Assembly: GCA_043228905.1 (NCBI GenBank)
Contig: JBHGNT010000021.1
Location: 11,656,001-11,720,000, forward strand
Length of the DNA stretch: 64,000 bases
Direction of reading: 5' to 3'
Source: Azolla caroliniana
Lineage: Eukaryota > Plantae > Polypodiophyta
Position numbers and translations under genes: made by a program. The notes beneath the pieces are model-generated. The model had not been told where the DNA came from. It did not search any database and saw only the letters and a program-made list of their open reading frames with translations. Positions 53,701 through 64,000 of the stretch are shown piece after piece. Every line of letters begins with the position of its first letter. The first letter of the stretch is position 1.

Positions 53701-56410
53701 AAAAAAACATGAGAATGTTTTGATAACATACACATTCGTTTGCATTTGTATGAAAAAAAATGTTTGCCAATGCATTTGAGCATATTACGTACTATGATTT
53801 TCGCATTTTGGTCAGCTACCTTTGTTGAGCAAACCTTCACTGAAGCCGCCTTGGCTTAGACACTTGTAGCTTGTTCCTCTTCTTCATCTATTTCGACTTG
53901 TGCTCCTGCTATTCGAGAGTAACCCCCTATCACCTAGGGCACTCTTAAGCTATGTGTGGTCCACCACACTTGTAACACCCCTTGCATGGAAAAGGCCCTG
54001 AGATTCCTCCTTTCTCCCTGTAACACTATGTGGATCGCCGCCTCCAAGCTAGCTGGTTCCAACTTCTCTACTTCCTCACAGAAGGCCACAATCCAAAGGA
54101 AACCGTGCAGCCTGTCAAAATCATCCATATTAGTGATTTGCAACATAATTCTTCTATACTTGAATATATTCTTTGAGTTTCCCAAACTCTTGGCTCGTTT
54201 GGTGGGACGAAATACTCCCACATCCTTAGGTTGAAGTCCTCTCAATCTTTGAAGGGGCTCCTCTTCTCCACCAAGAGGTACCAATTGTAGGATCTTCTTT
54301 GAGGTATCGGCCCGCTACGTCCACCCACACTCGTGGTCTCACACAACATTGCTCTAAGTAGCTCTCCATGTGTGAATCCACTTGTTAAGTATTAGTGACT
54401 CCCTTGCACATGCGTACTCCCTCGCAGGGACTAGCTTGTAGCTCCCATACTCTGATTCCTCATCAACTCTCTCCCTCCAGTAACTTCGCCTCCTTCATGA
54501 GTGTTGTTCATTCATCTGATTCTTGAGAATTTCCGCCAATTGTGCTATCGCAATCTCCACTGGGCTCAATCCTGTCCATGGCACCACAATTGCTCCTCCT
54601 TCTGATTTGCTTTCCTCTTGGTCACTTCTTCCATACACTTCCCCATGTGTTTCCAACTTCCTCTTATTTAGCATTTTCCCTCTCTAATTTGCCTTATTGC
54701 TTGATACCAAGTGTTATGTGCCAAAAATACCGTTAGAATTAATACACACAAAGATCACACAATGGAGACAAAATAAGGGACAAAATGCTTCTTATATTAT
54801 GTACAACTCAGAATGCTACAAAGAGTCCCAAGAGTTGGGACAAAACCAAAATGTGAGTTGGGATGAGTTGGGACAGCTCCAATATGATTTGAGGGAGAGA
54901 GAGCACCTAGCACCAGCTTATGATCTGAGCAAATGAGCAGATGAATGATCCTTTAGATGGGCGTTGGGACTAGTTGTTGGGCCTCAGGGTTAGGTCAAAA
55001 CATGGGGGGGCCTCTTGGGACTAGGATTGAGCTTTTTGGTGAGTCCCAGTCAGTTTTAGGACAATCTCCTAGCTGGGACAATTTGAGGGTACCACATATA
55101 ATGTGCATCTACATCCTTTTGCACAAGATACACTCTATCATGGAGCTCTTTTTGTACAACACAGTCACTCTGAGCCTCTAGTGCTTCCAGGTATCTGTGG
55201 TTGGGGACTGGGGTGTATTCAGTCAGTCCCAAACAGCAAACAATCCCAATCAAGACTGGGACAGTCCCAATTTTCAGTTTCAATGGCTAGTCCCAACAAC
55301 TAGTGTCAATTATATAAGGAGATGGAACATGAAGGAAGGATCTTTGCAGATTTCATAATTTGGTGATTGGTGCTCTCTCTACCTTTGATCAGATTGGCGT
55401 TGGTCCAACTTCTCCCAACTCACATTGTTTGTTTGTTCCAACTCTTGGAACTTTCGTGTAATATTTTCAGTTGTAAATGTTGGGATTAAAGGCCCTTTAG
55501 GTTTCTTTAACTAAACTCGAAAAATGTTTTATATTATTTAATATTTTCCAATTCATGTCACAAAAGACAATAACTTCCCCCTTGGATTTGAAGTAAGCAA
55601 TATCATCTTTTAGATTGGCAAAATGTTTGTCTTTATCCAAACAAGCATAAAAATTAGAATCTTGATGAGCAATGTAGCATCCAACTACAAAAGTGGGCAT
55701 ATCATTTAATCAAACACGCCACCCCTCCTTGTCCTTTTCATTGTGTTGGATTTTTTGTCCATATCAAAGGTGTACATTGTAGTTGCCGAAACCTTGAATC
55801 CATTGGGTATCATGCTCCCATGTTTCAAAAAGGATTATGATATCCAAGTCATTGGTCAACTTCTCTATGCCAAATCCCACATTCCATAGGTATCCATCGC
55901 GATTCTAAAAGCATAGTCGTAGAAGACATGAATTAGTCCCATAGGTCACATGTCTCTATTTGCCTATATTTCTGTCTTTTGGCACATCCTTAACCTTATT
56001 TTTCACTTTTTCTTCATATGCTTTACGATAAGCATTTTGTTTTGAGATTGTATGATCTTTGGTCACAAAGCATTGCGTACCTTTGAGGTACACCTAACTA
56101 TTTTCGAGTATGATCGTTCACTTGGTATCGTCCGTCATTATGCATACAACATGCCTTTCTCCCGAACGAGCAACATCATGTTTCCCAACTCAGTATGCCC
56201 CATGCACATTCACATCTGACATACTATAGTACATATTAAAGAATTCACGAATGATTGTTTTGAGGTAGCGATGTTGCAAGAATTCACCGACGTTAATATA
56301 TCTTTCTTTCTTTCTTGATTCACCGAAATTGAAAGATATATCAAGAATTCACCGATGTTGAAAGATATATTAACGTCAAGAATGAGGTAGTTGCAAGAGA
56401 CTAGAGAAGC

Positions 56411-56452
<42 letters not shown>

Positions 56453-57885
56453 GTGTGGATAGCCAATTTGGAGACATCTATGAAGAAAGCTTTTTCATCA
56501 ACTACTTGAAGGATGATGTAAGAATTGTTAAGGAGCTTCCATCAGAATTGCAATCTCTTGACCTTGAAGCTATTGGCAGCTTTGTAAGTAAGAACTAATT
56601 TATAAAGAATGAAAAGATATTTGTGATCTACAAAAACCCTAATTTATTACGTGCAGGTGACTGACATGGAGATAATGAAAGAAGCAAAACTGAGCTTCTA
56701 TGTAACACACATTCTCCCTATACTTCTGCGCAACCGCGTCGTGCATTTTTTTGGTTTTGGCAATCGGTTGACTTTCGATCCTGTACCATTTGACATACAG
56801 GTTGAGCAAAGCAGTTTGTGAGTTTTTGGATATTCTATTGGTTGTTAGATTCTCAGCATTTCATCTATGTATGTTGCACAGAGGCTGAGATGCAAATGCA
56901 ATTTTCATGCACTGAAGTTTATTCCCAAAATACAGAAGACTGGCGCAATGCTAGTAGGAAGAATGCGTGAAAAAAGTGCACGATGGGGACCTCAAGTGGT
57001 GCAAGAAGATAGCTTGACCTTTTCCCAGCTAAATGGTTTACATATGTTAGTGGATGCTGAAAATTCAAGGAAAACTCAATTCCAGAGCAATCTTAAATAT
57101 CTCGCACTGCATTTGAGGTTTGAAATAGATATGGCTGCATATTCCATGTGTGAATTTGGAGGAGGTGACAAAGAGCGAAAGGAATTGGATGCATATAGAG
57201 AGATATATTTTCCAACTCTCAGTTTGTATAAGAAGAACGGAAAGTAAGTTTTCTCCCTGCTTTATTCAGAGTTCTTGGTAAGTTGGTATATATATGATGT
57301 GAAGCAATGGATGATTTGGGCTCATGAATGTTCATGTAACTAAGGATGGTGTATACTTCCAGATTGCTTCCAGCTGCACAGCTAAGGGAGGAGGGAAAGT
57401 GTCCGTTGACTCCAGAAGAAGCTGTGTTAATGCTTGTGGCACTGGGATTTAAAAGAGAAACCCGTATCTATTTGGCAGGGGCTCACATATATGGCGGTCA
57501 ATCGCGGATGGTAGCTCTCACATCTCTCTATCCTAATCTAGTTACCAAGGAGGATCTCTTGTCCACGAGTGAGCTCCAACCATTTGTCAACAAGTCATCA
57601 CAGGTAACTGTCAATGTCTCTGCTTGTTTAAGAAGCCCATGATGCTATTATCCTTATGTAGTAGTATATTTGAGAAAAGTAAGAGGCCAGAAGTAGCTTT
57701 GATGTCTCTCATGACTTTGGCAAGCATACATATTGTGAAATGCACATGAAGGAACACATGCACACCACAATATTTATAACCTATTTTTCCAATATTTCTG
57801 AGCTGAGATGTTTTAAATACTCTTTGTGGGTTTTAAGTGAATTTGAGGTAATACCTCCTCTTACGCATTGCTAAAAATGATGTGT

Positions 57886-57925
<40 letters not shown>

Positions 57926-58238
57926 GCTGGCTGCTTTGGACTTCATTGGGTGTGCTGCTGCAGACATGTTTGCAATGACTGACTCTGGGAGCCAACTCTC
58001 ATCTCTAGTTTCTGGATATCGGATCTACTATGGTGGAGGTCTGCTGCCCACTATTAGACCCAACAAAAGGCGGTTAGCAAGTATTTTTGCCAAGAATACG
58101 ACCATCGAATGGCAGGAGTTCCAGGAACGAGTGAGGAAGACTGTGAGGGAAAGCAAGCGAGTTCAAGTACGTCCAGTATCCAGAAGTATTTACAGACATC
58201 CGCGGTGTTTGGAGTGCATGTGCAATAATAAACTCTAA
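38627..58238 (+). CDS. OFUT: O-fucosyltransferase family protein (GT106/DUF246; FRB1/RRT-like clade), 10 coding exons
   Basis: Exons ~38627-39169, 39429-39518, 39644-39743, 39832-39905, 39975-40063, 56463-56583, 56657-56800, 56882-57243, 57363-57603, 57927-58238, with GT-AG borders and consistent phases. TM helix, [34 protein letters not shown]. Confidence 0.92.
40210..40816. repeat. ~205-bp diverged tandem repeat, three copies
   Basis: gattgtaaga at 40250, 40461 and 40664, each followed by aagatcttgagatg. Confidence 0.8.
41830..43370 (-). mobile_element. RTE-like LINE 3' fragment
   Basis: [11 protein letters not shown]...YAYLG post-RT motifs; homologous to 44577-44921. Confidence 0.72.
43790..45640. 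mobile_element. RTE-like LINE fragments forming an inverted duplication
   Basis: Arms ~43843-44493 and 44915-45591 encode the same peptide ([18 protein letters not shown]) on opposite strands. Confidence 0.85.
46180..51876 (-). mobile_element. Ty1/copia element with short LTRs (Ale-like), full length but decayed
   Basis: LTRs 46180-46326 and 51726-51876, TSD TGGGT/TGGGC, PBS TGGTATCAGAGC (tRNA-iMet), PPT, WYFDSGA, RT and RNase H fragments. Confidence 0.93.
47141..47787. mobile_element. hAT-type MITE in the copia RT
   Basis: 12-bp TIR CATAGATTGACA; 8-bp TSD GGAGGGGC/GGAGTGGC. Confidence 0.9.
51880..52950 (-). mobile_element. LINE endonuclease fragment
   Basis: IILLGDFNA motif near 52780-52806. 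Confidence 0.6.
52958..55096 (-). mobile_element. Small non-autonomous LTR element (TRIM/TR-GAG-like)
   Basis: Diverged LTRs 52958-53398 and 54712-55096, Met-like PBS TGGTATCAAGC, TSD TATTA/TATAA, no pol. Confidence 0.8.
53546..53796. mobile_element. hAT-type MITE
   Basis: TIR TATAGTATG/CGTACTATG with a perfect 8-bp TSD ATTTTCGC. Confidence 0.88.
55197..55480 (+). mobile_element. Partial LTR related to 52958-53398, opposite orientation
   Basis: Reverse-complement blocks agtcccaacaactag, tatataagga, ccaactcttgg. Confidence 0.55.
55490..56400 (-). mobile_element. 5' part of a LINE (endonuclease start)
   Basis: [14 protein letters not shown] and [10 protein letters not shown] endonuclease motifs. 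Confidence 0.6.
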
Positions 58239-60989
58239 TGTGCGGATATATAAATAATAAAATAGACAATGCCTTCTTCCCATATGGCTGGCCTAGGAAG
58301 AAGAAGGAAGGACCTTGGCGTATATATATTAAATGTGGCCTAATGGGTTGACGTTTTGTAAAAGTATCTCCTCTTTTTGATATCGTCACTATTCCTTTCA
58401 TTTTCTTTGATCTCTTGTACGCTTATTTGCACAGAATGATAAGCTGAAAAGTACAGTGATGACAAACAAAAGACTAGAAAAACTGTTGTAATCAGTAGCA
58501 GCAGTATTAGAACACACCATGAACACTATTAGAAATAATATATGTTGGAACCTAGGTCAGCACCCATTGTTTGTCGTCAATTGATACACAACATTCCATT
58601 CATATGTAAAAAGCTTTAGATTATATACTTGTAAACAGTTGGAAAGTTTTACAGATTACTTTCTATTTTGCAGTTGTACTATAGACGATTAGAGTTCTGA
58701 GTGCTAGTGTTTCAATTGTACTCTTATATAGAACACAAAAATGTATGAATGTAAAACATCAATGCATTTCAACTTTGAAATTTTGTTTACTGTTGACCCT
58801 AATTGGACCATTGTTGCTAGAAGCAATCAATCACAACACAAAACATTTGTTGGCTGTATTATGCATAAAAGTGTCTTAAGAATAAATTAACCACTTTAGA
58901 TTATGTAAAACTTGACATCTTTTCCATCTTTTATGATATTTGCATGATAATCCTTCATATTTGTCATAGCTTGCTTTGATCGGCTTATATAAGATAAAAT
59001 TGTGGTTCTTTTTGCTTGTCCTTCATTCTTGCACCAAATTATCCTTTCAAACACAAAACTTGAAAAGAATATTAGGCTTTCAAAAACCCATCGTAACAAC
59101 GATCATTGATATATTTGTGCATAGCAAGCAATGTATGAAATTGAGTTTGTGTTACAAGAAAGTGTCACCTACTTACTTGCATAGGGTGTTTCTTAAGTCT
59201 CCCATTCTCACTTGTTTGTCCTACCTCACTATTAGAGGGGTTAGAGCCACTACGACATTACGAAATTAAAATGAAGGAGGCGGCACACACACAACATGTT
59301 ATTTTTGTTAAAAAGCAATTGACTTCTTTAGTCATAAAACATTGACCTTTTTTAGAGGCTTTTGATATGTATATGATTGTTATGCAAATCATGAAGAAAA
59401 CCAGACTGACTCATTCATTATATAGTCCTAAATACAAAAATCTTAGTGCCACATAGACTCCCAAGTCCCAATGTAACTAAGGTGTCTTAGACTTTAGTTA
59501 CAGGCGCCTAACTCTATGGTTGAACGAATGACACTTGCGCACTGGTGGGACATCTTCTTTGAAGTGCGTAATCCCACAACTCCTTTGGTTCACCTTGTCA
59601 TCATCTACTTGTCCATTAGGTCATTTTATCCATATGATATATCTATGCATTGTCCATTGATCTCTTTCTCGCTCTTGATGTTTTCTTCATTCTTATCTAT
59701 ATTCTCTCTTTTATGCGCATCCTCCATCCTCCAAGTTCCCTTCACCTAGCTATTGGTTGTCTTTGCTCGTGGTTCATCCTGATGATTGACCATCAATTGT
59801 TGTCCCCATTACCTTTCAGTTTGAGCTGCCACAATGATTGCTTGACTCACATCCAACGGTCCTTAAATGGCAATTGGGTTATGTCTCAACAAGTCTTGAC
59901 TCAACTCTTGGCTGACATCCCAATCTTTGTGCACTTTTGTGAGTGGTTTTTCTCGCTTCATTGTTGCCCGCACTCAATCATCTCATTTTTTCTTCGTTGC
60001 TTGTCTCATTGGTGAAAACATTCCCTTCGTGGCGGTATCCCAATGGCCACATGCCAAGATTGCTCCATGGTGACGCAAAATGATGATTCCCAATGTGGAC
60101 TATATACCCCTTGGCCACAATATGGCCCATGAAAACACAGGTATTACAGTATCAATTGCTTCTTAGTGACAGAGTCCCTTATGCTATTTCTCTTGAGCAA
60201 AGATAACCTTAAAAACTTAAGTAGCATTTGGTGGGAGAGAACACAAAATCTACTTGGTGCAATGACATTGCAAATGTTATAATGTATGTTACAAACTAAT
60301 AGGCAAGTTTTTGAGTTTTGGGGCAATGGTAGTATAGCTTGTTAGCATAGTCCTTGAGTCCAAACCAACATTGACTTCGAACTTTGGGCCATCAACGAGT
60401 TGATCTAGAGGTGGAGTAGGAACAACTAGACATGGTTCCAACAATGAGACATTGAACTATGGATGGATATGAACACGAAATGTGATTTCATTGATTTCAC
60501 TAGAGATCACATTTAAGTAGAGACATTGGCAATCTAGCTTCTCATATGATCTAGTAGTCTTTACATCATGTTATAATAGTTGTACAAGATCTACTGGGAA
60601 CTTAAGTTCCTCTCCCAATGCCTCAGGACAAGGGGCGATAGCTTGACTATTCGGGTGTTGTCATGGATTGTGAAAAGCAGTTACCTTAAGTAATCTATGA
60701 GGAGGATACATCAAAACAAAAGTCTCTCTTGATTAAGGATATGATTCCTCAAAATAATATTGATGTCTCTTTTTCGTCATTATCCTTAGTTACAGGTGAT
60801 ACCCCTCCATTGGAAAAAGTGATGTTAGTCTATTCACATAAATACTCAAGTAAAGATATGATGACAACTAGAGGACAAATATGAGTTGCTAAGGAAAGAA
60901 AACATAGAGGAGTAGTTTTGGCAAGAAAACAGATAGTTTCATAATAATTAGTTTGAAATTTCGCTTGCTTGTAGCTTGAAAGCATGGCA

Positions 60990-62781
60990 ACATAAAAAAT
61001 GATCAAGGAATACACTCATAGTTTGTTTTCCATGCTTTTGACAGAGATGTCGTCATTGCAAATTCATTAGTTGTTATGTATGCGAAATGTGGCTTGCTAA
61101 CTGAAGCACAAGTATCACGACATTGGTGGATATGTACATAAAATGTGGGTATGCCAAACATGGAGATGTCCAGAAAGCACCTGATTTCTTTGAACAAATG
61201 CAAAGAGAGGGAGTGTTTGCTTGATGTGGTCACGTTTCTCTCTATCTTGAAAGCTTGCGGTAGCATTCGAAGCCTTGATAAAGGTCAAAATGTACATGGT
61301 AAGATTATTAAAGAGGGCCTTTTGTTTCTGGATAAGGGTAGATTGATTGGAACTGCATTGGTGGACATGTATGGTAAATGCGGGGCACTTGCAAAAGCAC
61401 AACAAATTATGTTGAACATGAGCATGTTGAAGAAGCATTGAAATGGTTTAAATCTATGAGTTGTGAGGGCTTGTCTCTGGATGCAGCTACTTTTGTTTCT
61501 GTCTATGGAATAGCTTGGAATGTGTTGATTCCAAATTATGTTGAACATGAGCATGTTGAAGAAGCATTGAAATGGTTCATATCTATGAGAGTTGTGAGGG
61601 CTTGTCTCCGGATGCAGCTACTTTTGTTTCTGTCTTAAAAGCATGTGAGAGCATCAATATATCGAAGGAAGTACACACCAAGACTCAAAGCGAGCCATTG
61701 GTAAGGAATAATATTATGGTAGGCAATGCATTGGTGGATGTGTATACCAAATGTGGTGGACTCACTCAAGCACAAGAGATTTTTAGTGGATGTCTTGTTA
61801 GAGATGTAACTTGCATGAACACAATTATCATAGGAAATATTCAATATCGACAAGATGAAGATGGCATTGCATTGAATCATTTTGGATCATTGCAATGCGA
61901 GAGCATATTGCCAAATATGGTCAATTATTTTTGCATCTTAAAGAGCTGTGGTAATCTAGGGGAGGCCGAGAAGGGCAATATGATACATGCTCGGCTTCAT
62001 AAAGAAGAGTTGTTTGATAAAGAGATTCTACTTCAGAATGAATTGATTCATATGTATATCAAATGTAGTGCACTTTTAAGAGCAAGAAAGGTGGTTGAAG
62101 AAGTTAAGATTGGGGACACTGTATTTTGAACTGCATTCATTTCCAGTTATGCCCAAGAGAAACTTGTTGACGAAGCATTCAACTGCTTGAAACAAATGCA
62201 ACATGAAGGCCAATCGCCCAATGAGGTGACTATCATTTATTTGCATCTTGAAAGCCTATAGCAGCACATGAGCACTAGACAGTGGTATCGAAATACATGA
62301 ATTTGTATTAGTAGAGAGAGGATATCAGAACAAAATACTCAAGTTTGCAATGCATTGGTGGATATGTAAAATAAATGTAATATATGCTCACAAAAGCACA
62401 AGAAGTGTTTGATGAGCTTTTTGGTTCGAAATATTGTCACTTGGACAACACTTCTTTTAGGATATGCACAACGAGGGCATGGAGAAGAGGTAGGTGCTTC
62501 TATGCTTTCAAAGAATTGCACTGTGAGACTGCTATGCCAAACGTAGTTACTCTCTTGCTTGTTTTGTATGTTGAAAGCATGTGGTAGCGTAGCGTTGGAG
62601 CAAGTAATAGAAAAAAAGGGGCAGAGAAAAACATTCCTTAAGATAATAAATGGGCAACTACAAGAAGATGTCTTGGTGGACGTGTATGCAAAATGCGGCA
62701 TAATTGAAAAAGCTCAAACTGAATTTAATGGGATTCAGTGCCAAAATGTGGTATCTTGGACTGCCCTGATATCTGGATATG
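60990..62781 (+). pseudogene. Pentatricopeptide repeat (PLS-class) pseudogene
   Basis: Repeated ALVDMYGKCG, TFLSILKACG and VVSWTALISGY motifs with many frameshifts and stops; cut by an LTR at 62782. Confidence 0.88.
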
Positions 62782-64000
62782 TGTTAGGAATATGGAGCGG
62801 AATCGGGATGATAAAAATTTCAAACACAATTAACACTTGATAAACAATAGATGAAACCACAAGAAAAAAATGAGAGAGTAGATCGAGATTTAACGTGGAA
62901 AACCCAAAATTGGGAAAAACCACGGGAACCTTAGGTTCCGAAACAAATTCACTATTTTCTGAGTATACAAAGGTGTTGACAGCCTCTAGAGTTTACTCTA
63001 GAGATATGCACATATATTTCAAGGCTACCGCCTTGGATGCAATATTCACCCTACCAGATAGGATAAACAACAGAACAAAAACCAAAAACATAGAACAAAT
63101 AAACCTATAACAAGTGGACAGAAGAGTTGTTGTGACTCTTTTGGGTAGTCTAGACAACACCTTACTAGATCTCCGTCTTTACACTTGCAACGAGTTCTCA
63201 CTCTCGATCACCCTGTTCTCGAGCTCTCACACTTGTTTCTGTTTTCTTGCAGAGGCTTTGTTATGTTTTTCTCACACACCTCTTCTTCTCGAATCTCTAT
63301 TTTTCCAGCCTTAGTTCTATTCACTCATGTGCAGTTTTTCTCTGTAACGCGCTCTATTTTCTTTGGCTTTCTCTCAGTTTTTCCCTCTGTGCGTTTTTTT
63401 GTCTATGCCTTCTTTTTATCAGCCTTTTTGGAGTAATGTCTCCTCTTTTCGTATTATCTGCATTCACACATAGACATACAAAACACACACACACACACAC
63501 ACACACACAAGAAAAAAAAGGACACATAAAAAACGTATATATATATATTAATAAACATATAACTTTTTCTTTCTTTAGCTCTAAGTCGATTCGGCGTCGA
63601 GCCGAATCAACTCTCAACCTGAATCAACGCCCAACCGATTCAACACTCAGCCCGAATCAGTATCCAGCTGATTCAACACTGAGTTGGTAGTTGGCTCTCA
63701 ACCAACTCCATGTCATGGTCTCCACTTGAGTGGATAGACCCAACAATTCACCCCCTCCATCTCAAGTGGGGGGCACAACTAGGTTTGCCTTTTGTTTGCA
63801 AACATCAAGCTTCTCCCTTGACAAACATTTTGTCATCATGTCGGAGCCATTCTCATTTGTGTGAATCTTTTCAATTTGCATTTGCTTTTATTCAAGCACA
63901 TCTCTAATCGAATGGTATCTAACATCTATGTGTTTTGATTTAGAATGAAAGGAAGAATTCTTACTTAAATGCATAACTCTTTGGCTGTCACAATACAGAA
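62782..64000 (-). mobile_element. Ty1/copia (Tnt1/Tork-like): 3' LTR 62782-63745, PPT, RNase H end
   Basis: TGTTAGG...CCCAACA, adjacent PPT, HSKSKHIDVRYH and DMMTK on the minus strand. Confidence 0.88.

Larger units (their letters stand above)
40064..56462 (+). other. 16.4-kb intron 5 filled with TEs
   Basis: VWKDN-S|QFGDIY joins in frame across GT at 40064 and AG at 56461-56462. Confidence 0.88.

Noticed and set aside
58300-60950. Short ORFs downstream of the OFUT gene
   Set aside because: No motifs or splice-consistent structure; probably UTR and old repeats.

Overview
Eukaryotic plant DNA, probably a fern (inferred from the Tcn1-type chromovirus, Sola-like transposase, PLS-type PPR relic and a giant TE-filled intron). 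Bases 1-38 kb are a deeply nested transposon block. It holds a near-complete Tcn1-like chromovirus, at least four decayed pol copies plus LTRs of a fungal-like Ty3/gypsy family with tRNA-Trp primer sites, a young pol-less derivative of that family, Ty1/copia elements, hAT MITEs, a Sola-like transposase relic and an L1 relic. The only apparently intact host gene is a 10-exon O-fucosyltransferase-family (GT106/DUF246) gene at 38627-58238 (+), whose 16.4-kb intron 5 is packed with TEs. A decayed PPR gene cut by a copia element ends the window. Main highlights: (i) the chromovirus LTR combines an 11-nt Tf1-type self-priming pair, heat-shock elements and a tRNA-like A/B-box segment; (ii) the Trp-primed gypsy family shows 4-bp target sites centred on CpG; (iii) its non-autonomous derivative encodes a gag N-terminus fused to a long repetitive acidic frame; (iv) a ~650-bp-arm fold-back and a purine-only splice acceptor lie inside the host intron.
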